From the IMG/VR virus record IMGVR_UViG_2925919700_000003, positions 1-13,319 of that record: a DNA stretch of 13,319 bases; one strand, 5' to 3'. This document shows positions 1-7,669 of the stretch, in pieces; position 1 is the first letter of the stretch, and the number at the start of each line of letters is the position of its first letter. Both the position numbers and the translations under genes were made by a program. Origin of the DNA: a virus (lineage: Duplodnaviria > Heunggongvirae > Uroviricota > Caudoviricetes). The notes below the pieces were generated by a model that did no database searches, was not told where the DNA came from, and saw only the letters and a list, made by a program, of their open reading frames with translations.

Positions 1-1053
1 TTACGGGGTAATGCCAACCGCTGCCGCCACTTTGTCGCCACTTGGCAGCGTTGCCAGAGGATTGAAACGGAGCGCCGTTTCCAGATGATCCGGTGCCAGA
101 TGTGCGTAACGCATAGTCATTTTTATATCGTGGTGTCCGAGAATTTTTTGTAAGGCCAGAATGTTTCCACCCGACATCATGAAGTGCGCCGCAAACGTAT
201 GGCGCAGAACGTGTGTGAGTTGACCGCGAGGGAGCACGATAGACGTTTTTTCCATCACGGATAAAAATTGAAAATAGCAGTCTGTGAAGAAATTGAACCC
301 ATCAAGCGCCATGATCTCTTCGTAAAGCTCTTTACTGATAGGGATGCTTCTGTTTTTCTTCCCCTTCGTTCTTACAAAGGTAATTCGGTATTTGGTCACC
401 TGTGAACGAGTAAGATTTACGGCTTCTCGCCAGCGTGCGCCTGTGCTTAAGCATATCTTAACTACCAGTGCCAGAATTGGGTCCTGACGTTTGCAATCAG
501 CCAGTAATTCAACAATCTGCTCATGGGTAAGCCATGCCATCTCTTTTTCTGCGATGGTGAATTTTCGCATGTTCTCCAGTGGGTTCGGATACGACCATTC
601 GCCCAGGCGGGATAGTTCGCTAAAAACACTACTTAGATAGCTTTGCTCCAGGTTAATGGTGACCGGGCTTGCTCCTTTCTTCCATTTCTCGCTGAAGTAG
701 ATCTCACCTGTCAGGCGTTTATCTCGATAGTGGGCAAACATTTTAGAGGTGAGATCAGTTGCAAGGGGATTGCCCAGAGCGTCAACCATCAGCAGCAATT
801 TGTCATAGACATGCTGCCCAGCAGTCAGTGATTTACCATGTAGTTTGAACCATAGCTCAACCACGTCTTTCAGTGTTCGACGATCCACTGATTCACCTAG
901 CCAGGGCTTTGCTTCGGTTTCTTCCATCGTGTGACGCTCAAAAGCCAGTGCTTCGCCTTTGGTGGCGAATTGTTTACGCACACGACGCCCACTACGTCCG
1001 GCGGGGTAACATTCGCAAAGCCATTTTCCTGTGGTGAGTTTTCGTACAGCCAT
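1..1053 (-). CDS. int: Tyrosine recombinase / phage integrase, P2-186 family
   Basis: 350 aa from ATG at 1051-1053 (minus strand), preceded by GGAGGG; the longer 376-aa ORF start is unlikely. N-terminus MAVRKLTTGKW...RKQF resembles the P2 Int N-terminus; C-terminal region has R..HxxR...Y signature (LRHTFAAHF, MTMRYAHL). Stop is the first triplet of the window. Confidence 0.9.
   Translation of the reverse strand: MAVRKLTTGKWLCECYPAGRSGRRVRKQFATKGEALAFERHTMEETEAKPWLGESVDRRTLKDVVELWFKLHGKSLTAGQHVYDKLLLMVDALGNPLATDLTSKMFAHYRDKRLTGEIYFSEKWKKGASPVTINLEQSYLSSVFSELSRLGEWSYPNPLENMRKFTIAEKEMAWLTHEQIVELLADCKRQDPILALVVKICLSTGARWREAVNLTRSQVTKYRITFVRTKGKKNRSIPISKELYEEIMALDGFNFFTDCYFQFLSVMEKTSIVLPRGQLTHVLRHTFAAHFMMSGGNILALQKILGHHDIKMTMRYAHLAPDHLETALRFNPLATLPSGDKVAAAVGITP
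19..40. repeat. Left copy of 22-bp direct repeat, putative attL core, lying inside the 3' end of int
   Basis: cgctgccgccaCtttgtcgcca at 19-40 recurs as cgctgccgccaTtttgtcgcca at 10465-10486 (21/22 identical). The two copies bracket the phage-like block: int stop at 1-3, ogr stop at 10462-10464. Confidence 0.6.
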
Positions 1054-1241
1054 AAAAAATGCCCTCCAATAGAGAGCATTTTTACTGTATGTATAACCAG
1101 TGTCAATGTATGAAATCCTGCGACCATACATCTCACTGAAGCCATAATGAAGTAGGCTATTCTTTTTGCTATGTGATCATGTAACTTTTGCGGTTAACCT
1201 GTGGCTCATTTTTATTTTAGGCGCAGATATAAAAGCAAAAG

Positions 1242-1433
1242 TTATCGTGAGTTTTTAGTACAGATTTTTTTGGATTTACTAATAGTTCCATCATTGCAAA
1301 CGAATTTGCCATCAGAGGTACAGTGAGAAACACCTCCCTTTTTCCCTGAGCAGGGATAATTTCTAGCATAGGTAGCTAGTGGGTTTAATAACAAAGAACA
1401 TGACAAAACCACAAAAAATACCTTACCAAGCAT
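1242..1433 (-). CDS. Small secreted cysteine-rich peptide (63 aa precursor), function unknown
   Basis: Strong SD (GGGAGGA) 5-6 nt upstream of ATG at 1431-1433. N-terminus [23 protein letters not shown] looks like a Sec signal peptide (possible AxA-type cleavage after TYA; an alternative VLSC lipobox is possible). Predicted mature ~40 aa part is basic with 4 Cys. Same strand as cI and int, between them; AT-rich. Confidence 0.55.
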   Translation of the reverse strand: MLGKVFFVVLSCSLLLNPLATYARNYPCSGKKGGVSHCTSDGKFVCNDGTISKSKKICTKNSR

Positions 1434-1448
1434 AATTTCCTCCCGGTA

Positions 1449-2024
1449 CTATTTAACATACTTGACTGTTAAGCTTATAATTTTACCAATTATTTCAATG
1501 TCTTCTATCTTACATTCGAAGGCTCTGTTTCCACCCTCGACGAAGATTCTTCCACCGGGTAAACGAGTAATGTCACGGATCGTTATTTCGCCATCAATAC
1601 TTATTACCCATTTACCATCACGTATATCATCAAATTCCTTATCACAAATAAATTCAGAATTATTATCTGTGATTACAAAAAGATTCTTGAATGCCGACGG
1701 TAGAAATTCTCTATCGAAAATATAAAAACCGTCTTCACACAAGGCCCCATCAGATAATACATATTTAGCAACTTCCATAGTATTTGTATTACCTGAAGTT
1801 TGCTTTGAACCATGCCCGGTTGTGAGCCAATTAAGCGAGGTTCCTGTTTCAAGGGCGCACTGGATTACCCATTCTGCTGGGAATGAGTCACGCATGTAGC
1901 GTGTGGCGAGTGTACTTTTAGAGATTCCTAAATGATCGCACAACGCCTGTCGAGTCTTGAATCCATAAGCTTCTACCATGCGCTCTATGGCGCCTCGTCC
2001 GCCTTTCTCCAAATTCATGGTCAC
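1449..2024 (-). CDS. cI: Phage 186 CI-like immunity repressor
   Basis: 191 aa; N-terminal HTH region (EAYGF...LCDHLGISKSTLATRY...CALETGTSLNWLTTGHG) and C-terminal region (W.ISIDGEITIR.ITRLPGG...GG..FEC.IEDIE) match my recollection of 186 CI. GGAG precedes the ATG. Divergent from apl-cII. Confidence 0.85.
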   Translation of the reverse strand: MTMNLEKGGRGAIERMVEAYGFKTRQALCDHLGISKSTLATRYMRDSFPAEWVIQCALETGTSLNWLTTGHGSKQTSGNTNTMEVAKYVLSDGALCEDGFYIFDREFLPSAFKNLFVITDNNSEFICDKEFDDIRDGKWVISIDGEITIRDITRLPGGRIFVEGGNRAFECKIEDIEIIGKIISLTVKYVK

Positions 2025-2042
2025 TCCAAGTGAACTTTTATC

Positions 2043-2071
2043 TTGACGATTTCACTGTGCGATCGTATGTT
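2043..2071 (+). promoter_or_regulatory. Candidate sigma70 lytic promoter (pR-like) for apl-cII
   Basis: TTGACG (2043-2048), 17-nt spacer, TATGTT (2066-2071), about 70 nt upstream of the apl ATG. Short inverted repeats (GTGAA...TTCAC) flank the -35 and could be operator half-sites. Position fits a 186-type switch region. Confidence 0.4.
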
Positions 2072-2143
2072 TATGGTGTTCACAAAATACAAACGATCCG
2101 TATTCGTCCTGATTAATCATCATTAAACGAGGAATGTTGCATC

Positions 2144-2365
2144 ATGAGACCTAACATTTCAATCACTCTTACCACGCCTCATGTGACTATTGAACGCTAT
2201 AGCGAGCTGACAGGGCTATCCATCGATACCATCAATGATATGTTGGCTGATGGACGCCTTATCCGTCACCGTCTGCGCAAAGATAAAAAACGCGAAAAAG
2301 TGATGATCAACATAGCAGCAATGACCGTTGATGCGCTTTCAGAATGCAATCTAAACCTTAATTAG
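2144..2365 (+). CDS. apl: Apl/Cox-like excisionase and transcriptional regulator (small HTH protein)
   Basis: 73 aa, first gene of the rightward operon divergent from cI, with probable HTH ([19 protein letters not shown]); GAGGA upstream. Assignment is mainly positional. Confidence 0.7.
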   Translation: MRPNISITLTTPHVTIERYSELTGLSIDTINDMLADGRLIRHRLRKDKKREKVMINIAAMTVDALSECNLNLN

Positions 2366-2397
2366 TTCGATTCTGAAATACATCAGAGGCATTGACC

Positions 2398-2907
2398 ATG
2401 TTTGATTACCAAGTTTCCAAACATCCACATTTTGATGAAGCCTGTCGTGCATTTGCACTGCGCCACAATCTGGTGCAACTGGCAGAACGTGCAGGCATGA
2501 ATGTGCAGATTCTGCGGAACAAGCTGAACCCAGCTCAGCCTCATTTATTAACCGCACCAGAAATCTGGCTGCTTACCGATCTGACTGAAGATTCAACGCT
2601 GGTAGATGGTTTTCTGGCACAGATTCATTGTCTGCCATGTGTACCGATTAATGAGGTGGCAAAAGAGAAACTGCCACATTACGTCATGAGTGCAACCGCA
2701 GAGATCGGGCGTGTTGCTGCAGGTGCGGTGTCTGGCGATGTAAAAACCTGTGCCGGTCGTCGTGATGCTATCAGCAGCATTAACTCTGTAACACGACTGA
2801 TGGCGCTGGCGGCTGTTTCATTGCAGGCCCGTTTACAGGCTAATCCTGCGATGGCGAGTGCAGTTGATACCGTGACTGGCCTCGGTGCTTCATTTGGTTT
2901 GCTGTGA
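2398..2907 (+). CDS. cII: Phage 186 CII-like lysogeny establishment activator
   Basis: 169 aa from ATG at 2398 (ORF-track start 2392 is TTG). N-terminus [24 protein letters not shown]...[11 protein letters not shown] matches my recollection of 186 CII; follows apl as in 186. Confidence 0.8.
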   Translation: MFDYQVSKHPHFDEACRAFALRHNLVQLAERAGMNVQILRNKLNPAQPHLLTAPEIWLLTDLTEDSTLVDGFLAQIHCLPCVPINEVAKEKLPHYVMSATAEIGRVAAGAVSGDVKTCAGRRDAISSINSVTRLMALAAVSLQARLQANPAMASAVDTVTGLGASFGLL

Positions 2908-2914
2908 GGTGCTT

Positions 2915-3115
2915 ATGCTGACGAAAGAACCATCATTTGCATCGCTGCTGGTTAAACAAAGCCCGGCAATGCATTACGGTCACGGCTGGATCATGGGGGA
3001 GGATGGTAAACGCTGGCATCCGTGCCGTTCACAAGATGAATTGCTGGCAGAACTATCTACGAAAAAACGGGGGAACAAATGGCTATTGAAGGCACTGCAG
3101 CAACTGTTCCATTAA
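2915..3115 (+). CDS. Small early-operon protein (66 aa), at the position of 186 fil
   Basis: ATG at 2915 with GAGGTG just upstream, starting 8 nt after the cII stop. No motif recognised. Overlaps the next ORF by 37 nt. Confidence 0.4.
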   Translation: MLTKEPSFASLLVKQSPAMHYGHGWIMGEDGKRWHPCRSQDELLAELSTKKRGNKWLLKALQQLFH

Positions 3116-3420
3116 GCCCCGGTGAACGCCTGAATGGACTTAATCACATTGCGGAGTTAAGGGCGAAAGTTTTTGGCCTGAATATTGAGTCAGAGCTTGA
3201 GCGGTTTATTAAAGATATGCGTGATCCATGGGATATCAATAATGAACAAAATAAAAGGGCACTGGCTGCCATATTCTTTATGGCAAAAATTCCAGCTGAA
3301 CGTCATAGCATCAGCATTAATGAGCTGACCACTGACGAAAAGCGGGAGTTGATTAAAGCAATGAATCATTTTCGTGCAGTGGTGAGCTTATTTCCCAGAC
3401 GGCTAACCATGCCGAATTAA
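3079..3420 (+). CDS. Hypothetical phage early protein (113 aa)
   Basis: ATG at 3079 preceded by a GGGGGA purine run; long ORF in the early operon; no recognised motif. Confidence 0.5.
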   Translation: MAIEGTAATVPLSPGERLNGLNHIAELRAKVFGLNIESELERFIKDMRDPWDINNEQNKRALAAIFFMAKIPAERHSISINELTTDEKRELIKAMNHFRAVVSLFPRRLTMPN

Positions 3421-3487
3421 CCAACTAATGAAATTAATGGCGTAAACCCGCCGGGCATCCCTTTATCTAAATTCAGGAGAATTGATT

Positions 3488-3721
3488 ATGCGTAATATTG
3501 AAACCCTCACGACTAAAACCGGACCGGATGACGCAGGGCTTAATATTTTACTGACAGAGGCTCGTCTGGAAGAACGCCGGGCAAGGGCTGAAGCAATGGC
3601 TGCTCGCCTTGATAGCCTGGCGTGTTATATCTCATCCCGCCAGCTAAACCACGTGGAAGCGGCAGAACTGCTGCGCGTGACTGCTGAAGCAATCCAGAAC
3701 GAAGCGCAGGAGATCCACTAA
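3488..3721 (+). CDS. Hypothetical phage early protein (77 aa)
   Basis: AGGAGA 7 nt upstream of ATG at 3488; its stop TAA overlaps the next gene's ATG (TAATG at 3719-3723), suggesting translational coupling. Confidence 0.55.
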   Translation: MRNIETLTTKTGPDDAGLNILLTEARLEERRARAEAMAARLDSLACYISSRQLNHVEAAELLRVTAEAIQNEAQEIH

Positions 3722-3948
3722 TGGCTGATGCAATGGATCTCGTACAGCAGCGCGTTGAAGAAGAACGCCAGCGCCATATCCGTGCAGCCCGTGCCAAATC
3801 ACCGGGCGTGTCACGCGTACTTTGCATTGAATGTGAAGCGCCAATTCCGCCAGCACGACGCCGCGCCATTCCGGGAGTGCAGCTTTGCATTACCTGTCAG
3901 GAAATCGCAGAACTGAAAGGCAAACATTACAACGGAGGTGCTGTATGA
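3721..3948 (+). CDS. TraR/DksA-family C4 zinc-finger protein
   Basis: 75 aa with CIECEAPIPPARRRAIPGVQLCITCQ (CxxC-x17-CxxC), typical of DksA/TraR-type zinc fingers found in P2-like early regions. Stop overlaps the dam start (ATGA at 3945-3948). Confidence 0.75.
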   Translation: MADAMDLVQQRVEEERQRHIRAARAKSPGVSRVLCIECEAPIPPARRRAIPGVQLCITCQEIAELKGKHYNGGAV

Positions 3949-4724
3949 GCACCATCCTGAAATGGGCGGGAAATAAAACCGCCATTATGCCAGAACTGAA
4001 AAAATACCTTCCTGCTGGCCCGCGACTGGTTGAACCTTTCGCGGGTTCCTGTGCTGTGATGATGGAAACGGATTATCCCAGCTATCTGGTTGCGGATATT
4101 AATCCTGATTTAATCAACCTCTATAAAAAGGTTGCCGCTGATTGTGAATCGTTTATATCTCGCGCCAGAGTTTTATTTGAGATCGCAAACAGGGAGGTGG
4201 CTTATTACAACATAAGGCAGGAGTTTAACTGCTCAACTGAAATTACTGATTTCATGAAAGCGGTATATTTCCTGTATCTCAATCGTCACGGTTACCGTGG
4301 TTTATGTCGCTATAACAAGAGCGGGCATTTCAACATTCCCTACGGTAATTATAAAAATCCGTATTTCCCTGAAAAAGAACTTCGCACATTTGCAGAAAAA
4401 GCCCAGCGAGCAACGTTTATCTGCGCCAGCTTTGATGAAACGCTGACGATGTTGAAGGCGGGAGATGTGGTGTATTGCGATCCGCCATATGACGGTACGT
4501 TTTCCGGTTATCACACTGATGGTTTCACTGAAGATGACCAGTATCACCTGGCATCCGTTCTTGAACATCGGTCATCAGAAGGACATCCGGTCATTGTTTC
4601 TAACAGTGACACATCCCTGATCCGTTCGCTGTATCGCAATTTTACTCACCACTATATCAAGGTAAAACGCAGCATCGGTGTGGCAGCTGGCGAGGGTACT
4701 GGAGCTGAAGGTGTACGCGGATGA
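3945..4724 (+). CDS. dam: DNA adenine (N6) methyltransferase, Dam/D12 class; C-terminus probably replaced at a deletion junction
   Basis: [11 protein letters not shown] start, PFAGS AdoMet-binding motif and DPPY catalytic motif ([10 protein letters not shown]). GGAGG 7 nt upstream. After ...[10 protein letters not shown] the last ~16 aa ([15 protein letters not shown]) do not look like a Dam C-terminus, and a tail-fibre reading frame begins at about 4678. Confidence 0.8.
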   Translation: MSTILKWAGNKTAIMPELKKYLPAGPRLVEPFAGSCAVMMETDYPSYLVADINPDLINLYKKVAADCESFISRARVLFEIANREVAYYNIRQEFNCSTEITDFMKAVYFLYLNRHGYRGLCRYNKSGHFNIPYGNYKNPYFPEKELRTFAEKAQRATFICASFDETLTMLKAGDVVYCDPPYDGTFSGYHTDGFTEDDQYHLASVLEHRSSEGHPVIVSNSDTSLIRSLYRNFTHHYIKVKRSIGVAAGEGTGAEGVRG

Positions 4725-5748
4725 TCAGATGGCAAAACATCTTGCCGCACCGGACCCGCATTCACAGTATGCACAGAAAGAAAGTCCTACGTTTACCGGG
4801 ACACCCAAAGCGCCAACGCCAGCGGCGGGGAATAACACCACGCAGGTTGCGACCACAGCGTTTGTTCAGGCTGCACTGACGGCTATTATTAATGATGCGC
4901 CAGCCACGCTGGACACGCTGAAAGAAATAGCCGTAGCCATTAACAATGATCCGAAATTCAGTACCACCATTAACAATGCGCTGGCACTGAAAGCTCCGCT
5001 GTCGAGTCCGGCACTCACCGGAACGCCAACAGCCCCCACGGCGGCGCAGTCGGTCAATAATACACAGATTGCCACTACGGCTTTTGTGAAATCGGCGATT
5101 GCAGGAATGGTGGGTTCTGCACCTGCGGCACTGGATACACTGAACGAACTGGCGGCGGCACTGGGGAATGACCCGAACTTTGCCACGACAATGCTTAATG
5201 CACTGGCAGGTAAACAACCGCTGGACAATACGCTGACTAATTTGAGTGGAAAGGATGTAGCTGGTCTTCTCGCATACCTTGGTCTGGGGGAAACGATAAA
5301 TAAAGCCTCCGGAGCTATGCAGAAATCAGCTAATGGTTCTGATATTTCTGATATATCAGCCTTCCGAAATGCGCTCCGGTTAGGGGCCGCTGCAACACGA
5401 GATGTTGGAGGGGATAATGCCTCGAAGTTACTGGATTTAGACAGTTTCAGGTCAATGATGTCAGGTAATGGCTACATCTACATTCCATGCATTGCGACGA
5501 CAGGAAACCCGGTGAAACTTATGTTGCAGTGGGGAACGGTGGCAACACAAAAGGGAGCTGATGCTGGATATGCCTTACCATTTGCTTTTCCCTATGCAGG
5601 CTTGTTTGCGACCGGAAACCGTGGAACATCTGGCTACAATGCCGCGATGAATGTGCGTATTGCCAGCAGAACGCATATCAGTATTCAGAACTGGTCGCCA
5701 TCCGGAGAGGGCACCGAAGATTGTTGTTTTATCGCGCTGGGGTATTAA
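4678..5748 (+). pseudogene. Side tail fibre protein (P2 gpH / lambda Stf-like), N-terminally truncated fragment
   Basis: Open frame with no convincing start/RBS, overlapping the dam 3' end. Contains fibre repeats ([31 protein letters not shown]...NTTQ[VI]ATTAFV and TLNELAAALGNDPNFATTM.NALAGKQP). The tail-attachment N-terminal domain is absent. Confidence 0.75.
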
Positions 5749-5750
5749 GA

Positions 5751-6164
5751 ATGAATAAATTTTATAAAGGCTCTTTCTATCCGGAAGCACTAAAAGAGGT
5801 ATATATCAGCGCTGGCTCATGGCCTGAAAACGGCGTTGATGTTGATGATGAAACAATGGCAATTTACACGGGTGTCGTACCGCAGGGTAAAATGCTAGGT
5901 TCCGATAAAAATGGCAACCCTGCTTGGGTGGATATTCCGCCTCTTTCAACGGAGCAATTAGTTGCCATTATGGAGCAGAAGAAAGGGAAACTTCGTTCGA
6001 TAGCCGATGCTGAAATTAGCTGGCGACAGGATGCCGTTGATGAAGGGATAGCGACGAAAGAGGAAACTGCCGCTTTAACTGAATGGAAGAAATACCGTGT
6101 GCTGTTGATGCGTGTTGATACATCACTAGCCCCCAATATTGATTGGCCCGAAGTGCCTGTTTGA
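5751..6164 (+). CDS. Tail fibre assembly protein (Tfa / gpG-like)
   Basis: 137 aa from ATG at 5751, immediately after the fibre stop. C-terminal region (W..YR.LLMRVDTSLAPNIDWPEVP) is Tfa-like. Confidence 0.75.
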   Translation: MNKFYKGSFYPEALKEVYISAGSWPENGVDVDDETMAIYTGVVPQGKMLGSDKNGNPAWVDIPPLSTEQLVAIMEQKKGKLRSIADAEISWRQDAVDEGIATKEETAALTEWKKYRVLLMRVDTSLAPNIDWPEVPV

Positions 6165-6181
6165 GTATTTTCAATACGTAT

Positions 6182-6202
6182 TAGGGGGGAGTATCCCCCC
6201 TA
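6182..6202. terminator. Palindromic hairpin between convergent tfa and acyltransferase genes (bidirectional terminator candidate)
   Basis: tagggggga / tcccccctа perfect 9-bp inverted repeat with 3-nt loop, flanked by A/T-rich sequence on both sides; sits in the 43-bp gap between two convergent stop codons. Confidence 0.6.
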
Positions 6203-6207
6203 AAATA

Positions 6208-7347
6208 TTATGCTGTCTTGAACTGTAAAAGCACTTTACTAATTCTTCCCGACAGTAATACAGCTGGTTTATCGAAAAGACGATAGAAACCCCAGGACAC
6301 TGGTAAGCTTATGGCTACGCAAATTATTATTGATATGAGGCTTGCTGCTAATTCATCAATGCGTAAGGACAAGTAGTTAAATGATGGTATTGCTACCGCG
6401 TAAATTAAAACCATTTGTAATAAATATAATGAGAAAGATATCTTGCCTAAAAATATTGCTGGTTTTGTAGATAGTATATTGTTAACCCCATTGCTCCTCA
6501 ATGCAAATAAAACAATAAAAATACCAGAGAATAAAAACAGGGTGTACTCAGTTAAGTAATTATTAATATCTGAGAAAATGCTTGAATAGGCATATGATTG
6601 TACTTTATATCCAGCAAAGTATAATCCAAGAATTAGGATTGCGACAGATGATTTTTTTGATAGTTTAATATTTGTCTTGTATATTACGGAGCCAGACATA
6701 AAACAAGCCAATCCATAGTATAGTGCGTCGCCATCATTGTAATAGCCTAGTGATAGGAATATAAGAAATACAATCGCTGGAAAAAGTGCGGAGTTTGTTT
6801 TCTTGGATATAAATAGTAAAGCCAGAATATATGATCCGATGAGTTCAATTTTCATGGTCCATAATACCCAGTTATAGGTCTTAACACCATCCCCACCAAA
6901 AGCACCTATTAATCCTGTGAATATGGCACCATGTAAGCTGTAATCAAAGGTTCCTAGATTTGAGGCCCATTCGGAAATGCCAGTTCTATTTATATCTATG
7001 TGTGAGTATACAGCCCATCCAATCAAACAAGAGAAAAATACTGGCACCATTAATCTTATATATCTTTTTAAAAGGAATGCAAAGAAAAGAATTGAATCAA
7101 ATCGCTTAGAGAAACTTGAAGATAAAACAAAACCACTTAATACAAAGAATACGTAGACTCCAGCAGAGCCAGAGTAAAAAAAAGAGAAAGGAGAGTTCAT
7201 GATATAACTCTCAAAAGAATACCTCATGGACTCTGCTGCATGCATATATGGGTAGAAAGTATATGCAAGATGTGAGAAAAACACAGCAAGACAGGCGATG
7301 CCTCTGAGACCGTCCGCATTACTATTGTGTTCTTGAGCAACACTCAT
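6208..7347 (-). CDS. Acyltransferase family 3 integral membrane protein (O-antigen/LPS acetylase-like); cargo gene
   Basis: 380 aa from ATG at 7345-7347 (ORF-track start at 7395 is TTG). Polytopic and very hydrophobic; N-terminal GLRGIACLAVFFSHL is typical of acyltransferase-3 (OafA/Oac-like) enzymes. Clearly more AT-rich than the flanking phage and host DNA. Opposite strand to the surrounding late genes. Confidence 0.75.
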   Translation of the reverse strand: MSVAQEHNSNADGLRGIACLAVFFSHLAYTFYPYMHAAESMRYSFESYIMNSPFSFFYSGSAGVYVFFVLSGFVLSSSFSKRFDSILFFAFLLKRYIRLMVPVFFSCLIGWAVYSHIDINRTGISEWASNLGTFDYSLHGAIFTGLIGAFGGDGVKTYNWVLWTMKIELIGSYILALLFISKKTNSALFPAIVFLIFLSLGYYNDGDALYYGLACFMSGSVIYKTNIKLSKKSSVAILILGLYFAGYKVQSYAYSSIFSDINNYLTEYTLFLFSGIFIVLFALRSNGVNNILSTKPAIFLGKISFSLYLLQMVLIYAVAIPSFNYLSLRIDELAASLISIIICVAISLPVSWGFYRLFDKPAVLLSGRISKVLLQFKTA

Positions 7348-7380
7348 GAAAATTAACCTATGTTTAGAGTAATGTAGCCT

Positions 7381-7404
7381 AAAACGCCTAATCAAAAATA
7401 GGCG
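7381..7404 (-). promoter_or_regulatory. Small hairpin plus U-run in the 5' leader of the acyltransferase gene (attenuator or terminator-like)
   Basis: Minus strand reads cgccta-tttttgat-taggcg followed by tttt, about 34 nt upstream of the acyltransferase ATG. Stem is only 6 bp, so weak. Confidence 0.25.
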
Positions 7405-7418
7405 GATACCTTTGAGGC

Positions 7419-7454
7419 CATTCTAGCCTGAGGTTACATTCTAGCCTGAGGTTA
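7419..7454. repeat. Perfect 18-bp tandem direct repeat (cattctagcctgaggtta x2)
   Basis: Two identical adjacent 18-bp units at 7419-7436 and 7437-7454, in the region between the acyltransferase start and the late promoter. Confidence 0.9.
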
Positions 7455-7577
7455 ATCAAGATACCATTATGCTTTCATATCCAATCTGGCCGGAAGCGTC
7501 GCATCTGTTTCTCGCTAAGTATCAACGTAGTAAGCATCCATCAGTTCACTGATCATTCACCTTCTTAAAACTGCTAT

Positions 7578-7595
7578 TGTGCCAGCGCTGGCACA
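7578..7595 (+). promoter_or_regulatory. Ogr/Delta-type activator binding site (TGT-N12-ACA dyad) of a P2-family late promoter (P_F-like)
   Basis: tgtgccagcgctggcaca is a perfect 18-bp palindrome fitting the TGT-N12-ACA late-promoter operator; its centre is about 84 nt upstream of the sheath-like start codon at 7670, compatible with the centre lying at about -55 from the transcription start. Confidence 0.6.
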
Positions 7596-7669
7596 GGGTT
7601 AAACGCGTGCGCCGCGTGCATATCAACCAGAACATAGGCACACCCCCTGTAAACCGGAGAGATTGCCTT

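Noticed and set aside
1-1131. Longer 376-aa version of the integrase ORF starting at 1131
   Set aside because: The internal ATG at 1053 has a good SD (GGAGGG) and gives a P2 Int-like N-terminus; the upstream extension has no RBS and runs into the promoter region.
3421-3487. GC-rich motif cccgccggg between early ORFs as a possible terminator
   Set aside because: Not a real inverted repeat with a loop and no following T-run; the next gene's RBS follows directly.
4762-5228. Two minus-strand ORFs (151 and 120 aa) inside the tail fibre fragment
   Set aside because: Antisense to Ala/Thr-rich fibre repeats; Cys/Arg-rich or Ala/Ser-rich translations without start signals; shadow ORFs.
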